64,000 nt of DNA, from NCBI GenBank assembly GCA_965235115.1, contig OZ249439.1:12524001-12588000 (forward strand). The letters run 5' to 3'. Position 1 is the stretch's first letter, and each line of letters begins with the position of its first letter. The notes under the pieces were generated by a model. It worked only from the letters and a program-made list of their open reading frames with translations. It did not search any database and had not been told where the DNA came from. Shown here one piece after another: positions 39,242 to 51,400 of this stretch. The translations under genes and the position numbers were made by a program. Origin of the DNA: Laetmonice hystrix (Eukaryota).

Positions 39242-39298
39242 ACCACAGCACATGAAAAGGACCACAGCACATGAAAAGGACCACAGCACATGAAAAGG
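39242..39298. repeat. Perfect 19-bp unit x3
   Basis: accacagcacatgaaaagg at 39242, 39261 and 39280. Confidence 0.97.
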
Positions 39299-41712
39299 TT
39301 GGCATGAATTCATTTCATCTACTTATGCCATCCCTCCGTTCATATGTGTACATTAAGCGCACAATTGCCTCGCAAACCAAACGATCTCTCTGTCATAATT
39401 CTTCCGGCCAACTGCGCGGCGTCTCTATGTTGTCATTAGCCAATCTACCTGTTGATGGAGTGTGGGAATATCGTGGTGTTGGGCTGAGTAGTTCTCGATC
39501 TATCTATCTCCGCCTAATCCACACCTGGTGGTAGATTGATAGCCCTGCCCAACACCTTTCCCTAATCCGTCCTGCTCTTCATATCCAGAATCAACATCGA
39601 GGCTAAACAAAGCAAGACTTACAGCCTAACATCAAATACTCCTTGGGTCAGCGCTCCGCTCACAGACCTGGATATTGGAATGCCATTGTGGCCCATCAAT
39701 CATGAAGCCAGTTTGCGACCAGAACCAGTTCCCCGTGGGTTAATTTCCCCTATAAAGGGGCCTCTCAGCTGGACAACATAATACCTGCGATTTTAGATCT
39801 CTGTGGTGCTGTTTTCTTCTAAACGTAATTCACTATTTTGATCTACTTTATTTCAGTACAGGATTGTTTTCGATGGTCAGCTCTTATTCTGTCATTTATA
39901 CACAAGGTCTGTGTTATCCATAATGCCTTTTTAAATTCGCCGACCAAATGTAGGTTGATACCTGAATTTATTGCTGGGAAATGGATTCATCTATCAGCAT
40001 TACCTGACAGGATCATTAGTCCATTATTCTTTCCGCCGATCGCCCCACCCTCCGGCTCTCCGGTAATCTGAATCTCAAAGTTGAAGTTGGATCGGAGTGA
40101 TGACTGAGAACCCTTCCATGCAGAGCCGCTGAACCCTGGCCGGGTTGCGGCCTATGCATCATCATTAGATGGTACATGGGGAGTGGCGAGACCTACTGGA
40201 GGAGGTGGCTGTTTAGAAGGCACCTCGGGTTTGTTTCAAGGTACATGCAGCAGTATGGAACCTATACATATATCAGAACCGACCGCTCAGGTATCTGACA
40301 GGGACCAGGACCTCACGGCCGCCACCCAACCAGCCTCCTGCCTGAGGACCCACCCACGTCCGAGCTGGTCCTTTACATGACCCGCCAACCCTTGCAAGAT
40401 TTATTAGTAACTTACGATGGCTGCGTGTCACATGAAATGACTGACTGTAAGGTCGTCAACAAAATGCTCATCGTACAGAATCACCCCCAGCGGGCCTAGC
40501 CGTCCACGACACAACGTCGGTTAAGTGGCAACAACAAGACCTAACCCATTGGGGCTGATGGCATTTCCAGGACAATTCTACATGATCCACAGTACAAAGT
40601 GTTATTGAATACATGTAGTTTATCAAAATGAGTGTAAACTAGGGAGATAATGTCACCATAGATCTAAATTCTATGAACCTGATACTCCTGTCTAACTTGT
40701 ATCGGTCCGAGTATCAATGAGCTTAAAGCACGATATGTAAGTAAGCAGTATAGAAACGTAAAAGATTCAGCCTTGCTAGTATTATTTTTCCAAGAAAGAT
40801 CCATACCTTACCAACATCTCGGATCGCACCTCAGACCTGCTGCCGAGCTTTCGTGTAATCATATACCAATGTCATTTTTAATATCACACTAACCTATACC
40901 GGGGTATATCACATACTCTACATCTAGGACATATGAATAATAACCGACAGTGCGTGCATTTCCCAAAAGCTGAAACTATGCATTCAGTTACGGATAAGAC
41001 TGACACAGGAAATGATTGACACAGCTGAAGCCTATTTAATATTCATGGAAACTTCTTCAGAAGATAATATGAAATGTCAACTGGCATTATCTGTCACTCT
41101 GGTTTTACAACTTTAAGAAGTTATAAATATTCATAAACCATAATGGAAATTAAAAAGAAAAACTCGATTTCTGTCTAACAGACCCCCTACCACTGTGTCT
41201 CGCTTTTCCTTACGGGGTTGTTCTATTTGATGAAATCGGGGGAGTATATGAGAGTACATATTTGGGGTCCTACATATTTGGGGTACATGATACCCATGAT
41301 GTGTTAACCCTATCGGGAGTTTCAGGCCATTGGAGACTCAGTACCTCTGTCAATATTAGGGTCACTCGTTCAAATCATATTCAACTGACTGATTTGTACA
41401 GCAATGACCCTGACCGCTGGCTGATGTCTTCACATGGCTGTTACAATCAGTATCATGACAGAGTAAGATGAGAAACTCCCATCATGGCAATTAAGTTATC
41501 TTATCCCAGCGGACTATCAGTTACTCTTCTCATATGTTGACCTATGCAAGAAACACTAATTGCTTATTTTATTATAGTTTTTGGGTTTTCTTTTGCTTTT
41601 GGTTCCTAAAATTAGTAGTCAGCAAGCGAGCATATAATACCAGTTGATATGTGATTAATCTAGTGATGGTTGATGCCGTTAACTAACGACAAGCTGAAAG
41701 GCGACCATTTTA

Positions 41713-42291
41713 TTACACCAGAAATACACGATTGTGGGACTTATTCAAAATACCATACAAGTAGGTATTCATATTTATTACCACCGTTATAGGACTGGTA
41801 GGATCATCTATTCTGTGGCCCTTCCGGTTCATTCGCTTAGGTATCGCACGGACACCATTGGCTTGGGGCGGCAGTTCTTTATTTTTAGGACTGAAGAAAA
41901 AAAGGGAATGTGAGAATCGAGTCGAGCTTGAGAGCAATGAAGATAGGAACAAGAGATTTCCACAACTTGCGGCAAGGCATTTGGGCAGGGGAAGTCCTTT
42001 TCTCTCTTCAACCTTCTGATTTAGGCAGGAACTTAACTGAGGGGCGTTCTGGTTCGACGTCTGCTTGGCTTCCTGAAGACAGGGCCTAGTAAGGGTGCCT
42101 TGTGCGGCATGGCTGGAGGGTACCCATGAGGACATCTTTTGTAACTCCTTGATGGTTCTCTCCATCGTGAGCCTACTTCGTCCACCATAGGGAATAGTTT
42201 TAGGTCTCTTAGACTCCGAGAATGACATTCTGATGACGATAGTATAAGCTGCAATCGTTCTTACATGATAATGGGACCTGTAAAATGTCAA
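41713..42291 (-). other. Longest non-repeat ORF (192 aa), unassigned; possibly a transposon remnant or a chance ORF
   Basis: Listed in the ORF track. No recognisable domain and no clear splice context. Confidence 0.15.
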
Positions 42292-43973
42292 TCCTCTCTT
42301 AGTTTGTTTGGAGGTGAAGTCCTAATACACAACCCCTCAGTTCTCAGTCGATTTTTAATCGAAACTCGCTCGTTCAACAGTTTCTCTATACCTCAGAGAA
42401 AGCCGACTAGCCGTGGCTTCCATATTCACCAACCTACTAATAACCTTGTCAAACGATTCTCCTCGGCTTATTGGCGACGACAGTTGACAGGTTGAATAAT
42501 TCTTGTACTTTAAAAAGAAATGCTGCTGTGCTTCGAGCAGCAGTGATCATGCAAACATGTAACCTGAGCAGTCTGTTGCAGTGTCGGTTTTCTCAGCAGA
42601 AAACCAATATTGCAATGGATTTCCACTCGATTACGCCCCATGGTGTCACTGTCAACACTACTGCTACATTACAGGCTGCATCCTTTCACTGTTAGTGAGA
42701 AATCCTATTACGGATATTTACACAAAGCCTCTCCAACAGGACCTATTGTAATATCTTAAAATTAAGCATTATGATAACCCTAATATTCATTTAGATTATG
42801 AGGTAATATACTAGGGTAAAGGTCAGATCATGTAAAATGTAAAATCCGTGATAATAATTTCAAATAAGGATATTTTTACCTCACCTATGGTATCACCATT
42901 ATTAACTAATACATTTGTATTCTGTAGTTTTCGTATAACTTCTGAACTTTAAAATCTTTTATATTTACGCATAGAAATACTGAGTTTTAATAAGAACAAA
43001 ACTTCAACTACACACAAATGATCAGTTTCTGGCAATTTTTCAAACCAACCATTTAAAAAGCAAAACTAACAAATGAAACAACGCTACTGATAGCAACGTG
43101 TTGATTTAGTGCTCAATGCACGGCTCATGATGGCTAAACTACAATGATAACGCCAGGTGAATGCGAAAACTAGCTAGACATGATCTGACCTTTATGCTAG
43201 TACTTAAATTCAGGAAAAAAGAACAAGTGAATAATGAATGTGAAATATACTATGTCAAACCAATTACTTTTCATGAGGGCCCATGCGCATATACAAGCGA
43301 GCCTGGGAAGAATGAAGTATGCGCGGTATCTGAAGGTTTTTTGATTCATCAACGATTCGTATCATGTGAATAATTCGAGACTGTAAAAGCGTTCTGCATC
43401 ACAATATTTCTGTCACTACATCACTACAGCACATGAAGGTTTTCGTTTGCGGTCCACAAATTGCCCTTGACAAGAACCACAATGGCTTATCATGTGAGTG
43501 GTCTAAGGTCAGGTCAATTATCTAGATGTCTCCTAATTGAACATCTTCGATGTGTCCACAGATTACTGCCTTTCAATGTAGTGTCACCAAGTACTCTGCC
43601 TCATTTTGGCATCTGTCAGAGCGAGGTGAGCCTTGTCATTTTATTATGGATAATCAGGCCGACAATCACGTGCATGCATTTAGGATTATGTAAATTGGCT
43701 TCCGGATTTAATGCACTTCTAATAGGCTTGGTGTGGCCAAAACAGAAATTCTGCATTTCAGTTAACTTGAAGTTCATAACAGTTTAGATGCCAAGGCAAG
43801 ATCGAAATTGTTCATTGTTCAAATTGTTCTATCTTATTACAGGTAAAAGTAAGAGATGATGAGCTCAGCAGAATCATCTTGCTGTTATTACGTGGCTCGG
43901 AATGAAGTGTTTTCTTGCACAACGCGCATACATTGCTCTAGTTACGTAATATATGATGGTGTTCAATGAGCAT

Positions 43974-44786
43974 TGTTACAACCGCTAATGTAATAACGCC
44001 CACTATTGTAATAACTGGGGTGCTAGGGGGGTACCAGGGAAGTACCACCAGAGTACCGGACAGGACCAGGGGAGCATTTTTGGGGTACCCTCTGAGTACC
44101 CTCTGGGTACCCAGAGGGTACCAACCGGGGGGTACCAGGAAAATACTACTGGAGTACCGGACAAGACCAGGTGAGCATTTTGGGGGTATCCCCTGAGTAC
44201 CATCTGGGTACCCCCTGGGTACCCTCAGGTACCGATCTGGTCGGTAGCCCTTGAACAAAGTTTTATTACAATAGCGGTTGCGAATTCTGGCGAACGCAAC
44301 CGCTATTGTAATAACTGGGGTGCTAGGGGGTACCAGGGAAGTACCACCAGATTACCGGACAGGACCAGGTGAGCATTTTGGGGGTACCCTCTGAGTACCA
44401 TCTGGGTACCCCCTAGGTACCCTCAGGTACCGATCTGGTCGGTAGCCCCTGAACAAAGTTTTATTACAATAGCGGTTGCGAATTCTGGCGAACGCAACCG
44501 CTATTGTAATAACTGGGGTGCTAGGGGGGTACCGGGAAAGTACCACATGGTACTCCGTGGGTACCCCCAAAATGCTCACCTGGTCCTGTCCGGTACTCCA
44601 GTCGTATTTCCCTAGTACCCCCCGGTTGGTACCCTCTGGGTACCCAGGGGGTACCCAGAGGGTACTCAGAGGGTACCCCCAAAATGCTCCCCTGGTCCTG
44701 TCCGGTACTCTGGTGGTACTTCCCTGGTACCCCCTAGCACCCCAGTTATTACAATAGTGGGCGTTATTACATTAGCGGTTGTAACA
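43974..44786. mobile_element. Foldback-type non-autonomous element with about 230-bp modular TIRs and a duplicated 198-bp internal unit
   Basis: Termini TGTTACAACCGCTAATG...CATTAGCGGTTGTAACA. The arms 43974 to about 44205 and about 44550 to 44786 are near-perfect reverse complements built from GGTACC-rich subrepeats. Two perfect 20-bp-stem hairpins lie at 44263-44314 and 44461-44512. Flanks are gagcat / cagcat (5/6 match). Confidence 0.88.
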
Positions 44787-44824
44787 CAGCATTCCTCCAA
44801 AGGCACCACACATAAACGTGTCAT

Positions 44825-45014
44825 ACTTCTAGTAATACCCATAACATATATAAGACATTATGTAATAATGGGATTTATTATATTTGAGAAGGTGCTTAAG
44901 TTGCGATTGTAATGCTACCTAGGGTGATGGCAATGTCACCTGGCGGAGAATTAACTAGATCTTCAGAACTTCTAGTAATACCCATAACATATATGTATAT
45001 ATATATATATATAT
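44825..45014. repeat. 27-bp direct repeat 143 bp apart, the second copy running into an imperfect (TA)n tract
   Basis: acttctagtaatacccataacatatat at 44825-44851 and 44968-44994. Confidence 0.85.
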
Positions 45015-47989
45015 GTATGGTAATAATAACTGAGGATTGAATGCGGCACAATGTGAAACCAGGACTGTGGCTGCAATTCTATTATTCAGTTCCAGTTTAG
45101 TGAAAGCCATAAGTATGGTTGGTTATCGTTGAGGAAACAATGTCAGTGCTTTGTAGCTATAGGAACAAAAGATATATTTGGCAAAGGAACACAGTCACAT
45201 ATCGCTGTCATTCCTTCCTTTTGTTCACTTCGAAACTCTTCGGGGTTGATGCTTAATTTCCTCGCCTGTTGTGACATCAGCTCCAATTTCCCATTTTCAA
45301 TTAAATAATACTTGTCCGTAGAATGCCTATGAAGCTAGAAATAACCCCACAGATATTTCATGTAGCATGTTTCCCTTCTTGTGTATCAACAGTTCGGTGC
45401 TTAAATATCACGACAGGTCTGACAGATTGACAAGTGGACGTTACAAAAGGGCTCACGCTAACCTTCAAAATTTCGTTTACACAACACGTTGTTGTTGTTT
45501 TCATCTCTCTACTTTTTCTTCTCTCGTTTCAAAGCATGTTTACTCACAACCAGCCCGCAAGCTGCATATGATACCGTAATTCTGATACATAAAACCTATT
45601 TGAAAATGTGTGTAAGTCTGTGTTGGATATAATTTAAAATATATGAAGAATTTGGATTTTAGATAATATTTAAGGCGTCATCTACAGGACCTGTGTGTTC
45701 TGCGGGACTCCGAGTCGAGCAGCAAGTCTATAACTCATCAAACAGTAATGTGTCTTCAGGATTTTATTCTCCTTCATTCGCAGTCACGACTGATCGTTGG
45801 CCAGCAGCGCGTTCCACAAACAGTTATCTGGTCGAGCTATGCCCCCTTGAACATCAGGAAAGCCGTCCGATGGCAGAGGCTTGTTGACCAGCTGCGCTGA
45901 TGAACGTTTACTGGATTTTGTACACGAGGCAGTTCCTACACTCAGCAAACAGTGTCCGCCATGTGAAAGTGAAACTGTCACCTAAACAACAATCAATGAC
46001 CCCTGTTTGTGTGAAATAAATTCTCATCTAGATAGAGTTTTCTACTTCCAGTTAGTTTCTCTAGAATACAATATCATGACTGTAGACTTATGTTCTATCA
46101 GGTACATCGCTCTCCAATACAAGGCTGTGATCTAAATTGGCACTAAAAATTTACATTACCGGTTTCAATATATCTTTCTGAGAAGGATGTAGGTCCATTA
46201 GATTAGACAGTATGTCTCCGGTATATTTGAAAGACGGTCCATTCTTTTCCTCATGCCATTATGATATATACGGAAGTCATCCAGTGTACAGCAACAGACA
46301 TGTCACCGGGAGCTAAAATAACTTCACAAAAAAAGGTTATTATATGAAAAGAAATAGATTTAAATAGGATGCAAAGATGTTGAGGCGCAGAAAACAATAC
46401 CTGTTTGGAAGATAGGTCCAACAGACCACAGGTGACAGCAGTAAAACAAAAAGTACAAAGACATATAATACTATATCCGTGCAGCTGCCTCTCTCATGCA
46501 TAACAATGGCGTCATTCTGATTATCCCCTACCCACGGGGGCGCAAGTCATCGTCTAAAACCCACAGCCGGTTAGGTGCCGTCTCCAAGCAACAGTATGCA
46601 TTTCCAGCGCCTGCAGCGCGAATTTCAAGAGCTTGATCAGCTTTCTGAAAATAAACAACACACCTGTAGTGCCTGCAGATATGGTTCGCGATGGGAAATA
46701 AACGTTGGGCAGCTTCTATGTGGCCGAACCCCCCTCAAAAGCTAGGCTGATAATATACCTTAAAATTAAAAAAAAATGTTATCAACATTTATTCAATAAC
46801 TAAATCATACAACCATTATATAATACAGAAAGGACTGGCCCTAAAATTCATTAACTGTTAGCTCGTATTTTACTGTTCAATCAAGACTATTCCCCAGTTG
46901 CAAACTGACTGTGGCATTTCTTCCTGTCGACAGTCTGCATGCGCAAGTGGTTCTAAATTTCTGGTTGTTTTTTTTTAAACTAATGACGTTGTACGATAAA
47001 ATTTCAATTTTACCAGTTGAAAATAAACTCAGAAACTGACCAGGCCGTCATAAGGCCCCGCACATATATTGATTTTTCTCTCTCTCGTTACTAATACAGG
47101 ATATCAGTGATCCAAGTAGAGAAACTAGAAGTTTCCAGATTGTCCTCCCAACTTTCACAAATAAATAAAGATGCGATTCTTCCAGAGCTGTCAGAAACAT
47201 TCATGAAGCATTGACAAATACCTGGATAATTACTGTTTCTGATACTGTTCAGTTGCTGTCGACTCCACGGTATGAAATTTCGGACAGGTAACTCTTGTTT
47301 AATGATGGTCCGACATGCAAAACCATTATCTATGCAGGATGATCTTTCTTTCCGTGAAGAGAATGCCAGTATCCCCTAGCGATGGACTCACGACTTCTTG
47401 CCTTAATGACCAGCTATAGTGTTACTGCCATCAGTCATGAGACAGCTACTCCTCCGCTGTCTTGCCATCCATGGCTGACACAAACGACGGGGCCCAACCT
47501 TTCAGACTCGGCACGACCACAACAAGTTGTACATGTGTATACCACACTTCTATCCTCTATTTAGTATGGCTCTCCACAGAAATACAAGTATGATACGTTA
47601 TTTCCTTTCATGTTTTCCCGTTTAAAAAAAGTTGCTCATCTCACTGTGTCAAATTTTAAAACCCAGGCTCGACCGACTGGTATCACAGAAATGTGTGTCT
47701 ATTGGGTAAACACAAAAAATAATGACGGAGGTCTTTTTTATTGTTTACATGGTTTCCTGCAGTCGCTTTTTTGAGACCTCCCCCTCAAACAAAAGATAAG
47801 GTAGGCATTTATCTGGTTGAATTTATTCAAAATACCTACCCATAGGTTACCGCCTCCCTATGTTCGTCATCCCACCCCGCCCTCTCAAAAGTAAAATAAG
47901 GTTTAGTATTGGCCTGCATCAGAGAATATATTTCCACCCCGTCTGGTGGGCTCGGTGATTTGGACTTTCTCCCGCCCCCAATACTGAAT

Positions 47990-48420
47990 AATCTTGCGGC
48001 GCCCGTGTCTCATAACCTGGAAGAATCGCGGGCCGCTGCTGTCAAACAATGGTCCATCTATATGACGACTTTATCAGAGTATAATGTTATTGGTTGCGTA
48101 CTTGCCTTCCCATCTAACGTATAGGGCCGACCTGGCCACCGTAACCCCAGCTTTCTGCAATGACTGCAACTACTCGAAACCTCCAAACATTTGCCGAATT
48201 AGAGTAACCCTGGCTGGGCCTCGGGAGACGGTAGGGACAGTGAAAGACGCATCTTCTCGGATTGTCTGCCAACACAGTGTCTGCCGCGGGAGGTCTGAGC
48301 ATAATGGCGCGGCGTCGGTCATGAGGGCCGCCATAATGGCTGCCGCCTGAGACGCCACAACACAATCACCACCTCTGTCTCCCCTGGCCATTCGTCCCCA
48401 CCGCCTCCTCCAACAAATCT
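47990..48420. promoter_or_regulatory. CpG-rich island-like segment; possible minus-strand first exon (gccattATGGCGGCC, MAALMTDAAPL...)
   Basis: Local GC/CpG enrichment with several overlapping short ORFs and a good Kozak-like ATG on the minus strand. No strong donor follows. Confidence 0.2.
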
Positions 48421-51400
48421 GATCTATTCCAGAGAAGTGCATTGATTATTTTTCTACTTTCAGGCTACAGAAACCCACTGCAACCTAATTCTGATGTATG
48501 TGGGAAGCACATTGCGAGGTCATGTGGTCAATGCTTAAGGGTAGTCAAGAGGCCTAATCTCTGCGCCAGCACCTTAGGCCACTTATTTCCCGCCCTCCCT
48601 GTGCCTCTGACATGCCAAGAACAGCCAAAAAATTACAAAATCACTTTTTAATTTTTTGTTCTCTTCTAATCTCACAAATAGGAGCAAATCAATATATCTA
48701 ACAGGGTATTAGCAGTTTTACCTAAATTGAATCATGTCTCGGACAGTTTGACGTACTGAACTATATCGAGCAGTTCTTATTAAAAGGGCACCAGATTGTA
48801 GGTAGCTTGCCTCTCTCTTTATCAAAACTGATGTTCAAACTAACAGGCAGGCTTCCCCATCAACCCACAAAATAAAACACTCGCCATTTATCGTAATATG
48901 ATCGCAATCAAAAAAACGGAGAGTCCTTCAAAGTCGCGCAATGCATTCGTCTAAGGTTAAAATGTCCCCATCCAATGCTCCCCCCAGAACATAATTGTCA
49001 GATAACTGATTATTTCCTCCTTATTTAGCTCTCCAAGCTTCTATTTCTGCTGCGACGGATAATTAATTAGCTCCGGATATTGGCCCAGTTCATTCCAAAA
49101 ATGGACATAATGGCAATCAATGCAAACACTCTCAAGTTAATATTTATGTGGTAATCGTGCAGGATATTCACCATATCGTGCTTCAAATAGGCAACTGTTG
49201 GGGTGAGAACACCCCCTCTAAAGTTTTCACCGCAGTCTACTAACACTTAGGTTAGGTTAGTTTCTTATTCATGTATTACACTGTAAACGACTCACTATTT
49301 TCTACCCTAGCTTACACATACAATGCTTACCCATTCTACATGTCTACGGGAATCCTTTCTGAAAAATATCGGTCTTAAAGACGGAAACCCAATACAATAT
49401 GCCGATACTTGTATCATGGATGGTTTGCATTTCAACTAATAGTTGCTGCAAACACATATGGATTTTTCATTGTGAAAAAGTTCGGAAGGAAGAACAAAAC
49501 GGTAAAGTGATTATTGACTGACAGATGCTGAGGACTCATTAATCATATTTCATCTGGCCACCAAGAACGTTGGGGGGATCTATGAAAATGTAAGTAACTT
49601 TCTACGTGACATGTAAAGTATTTTCACAGATAACAAGTTGCTAACTTTGTAGCAGAATATGACCAAAATCATATCTTGTTTACCTTAATCACAAAAGCTA
49701 ATTTCCCTTGTCTAAGCAATATCTCGCCCTCCTCTCAGTTTCTCTTCGTCGCGGGGCTGAGTAATGAAACTATGTGCACTGGGAGCTTCATGCAGATTGC
49801 GAGAAGTCCGCACGACAAAGAGGAATTTGCTCCTGATAGAACAGCAGCACTACCCTATAGTTGCATCTATCTGTTGATCAACCTCGCAGTTCGACATCAC
49901 GAACAGTGTCCGTAACATGCGAGCTGGCAATCCCGGAGAACGGAGATTTGCATCAAACGATAACACTCCCGACAATCTGGCAATTGGCGCCTTATCTCAA
50001 TCCAGCCTCTACAGGAACTAATGCTCAGAAGACGGCTGGTCGGAAATTGCCACTAATACAAACTAAAAACTGTTGCTCAGATTTTGGAGATGAACGTTTC
50101 CCAATATTCTCTGTGGCTAACAAAACAACCAGCAGACATCAAAATAAATTTGCTTGTGATGTTCACAAATGGAGTATTTCAGTAAAAAGTGTCTGTACCG
50201 AGTCGATTATTCGATTTCTAACACTGCAGTGCCTTAGATACATTATAAGAAATTACTTTGGATATATATTTATCCCATTTCCACATCGGCACCTTATTTA
50301 CGGAAATGTGTTTCATGTCTCCTTACTGATATCCGACTACTCTCCTACCCTTTAGCAGCTATCTGTATGTATAACTATGCCCCATTCCAGTGTGACTAAG
50401 CTTTCTTACCCAATCGTCTGACCTGGAGATCTTCCGGCAGACTGCAGTTGGTATTATTTGGGGAATAATTTTAGGCGGACTGTGTACTATGTATTCCAAC
50501 TGATCTCCCTATCGAGTAAGTCTCCCGACATAGTTTCATGGTTGGTCATAGTAGACAAAAACAGGAATACGTACTGCAGTATATTTGTATATGCTTCCAT
50601 TTTATAGTACATTCAATATACTAGTGGCAATCATACCTGTATATTTTCGGCTTAACGGATACAACCCTTAATTTGGCACGTATATATTACCAGGTTCAGG
50701 GATCCCTGTTGCACATACTATACATACTTCTAGGCCCATTTATGCGAACCGCCTCTTTTCTAACTCCTGCTAAGACGGCTACATGACTTAAGGAAGCCGG
50801 GACCTTGAAATCTATTGAATTTCACGCATGGCCTAGATGGGGCTACAGCAGGTTATAATTTTTGAGGCTCATTCAATCCTGATAAGGCCCTTCCTTAACA
50901 CTTGAAAACATGAGCACCCCCCCCCCCCGAGTTTCAATTACTGAATTATATTTTTCAAGAACGCGGCTATTACACTTCTCTTAAATAATCTTATCATTGC
51001 CTTTTTTACCCATTTTGTTTAAATGCTTTGGGGTGTATGGCTCTGAGGCTGGTAGCAATGTCACCTGTGCAGACATAGGTACCGATTACAATGTTGCCAA
51101 TCACCAATCAACAATACCGACTTCCTTTAATTGTGGAATCTGCCAGAAAGAATCCTGGGCTGGTGGTCGATCGGATGATGTATCGGTTGCTAGTCCCACC
51201 GACTCCCCATCCATCAACCTATCTTCTATAGCTGCCGACACTCTCTTTAACTGCGCTCCGATAATTTCATTACAATGCTGCTGTTGACAGTCAAATCGAA
51301 GACGTGAACATTGGCATGGACCCTCAGACCAGTTGTCCGTATTACGTCCTCGTAAATCAAGGATATTTGGTCATTTGTCTGCATGCCTACAACGGCACTG

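Noticed and set aside
42033-42254. Death-domain-like words (LFPMVDEVGSRWRE)
   Set aside because: Only a short partial match; the sequence after WRE does not continue the helix pattern.
43938-44757. Five ORFs on both strands
   Set aside because: They are by-products of the GC-rich inverted and tandem repeats of the foldback element and have no transposase motifs.
49861-50355. 164-aa ORF
   Set aside because: It has a non-ATG start, no domain and no codon bias, and its AT-rich tail is typical of a chance ORF.
51180-51290. Minus-strand IGAQLKRVSAAIE, similar to a BH3 motif
   Set aside because: It lacks the conserved G-D core, and the frame closes shortly afterwards.
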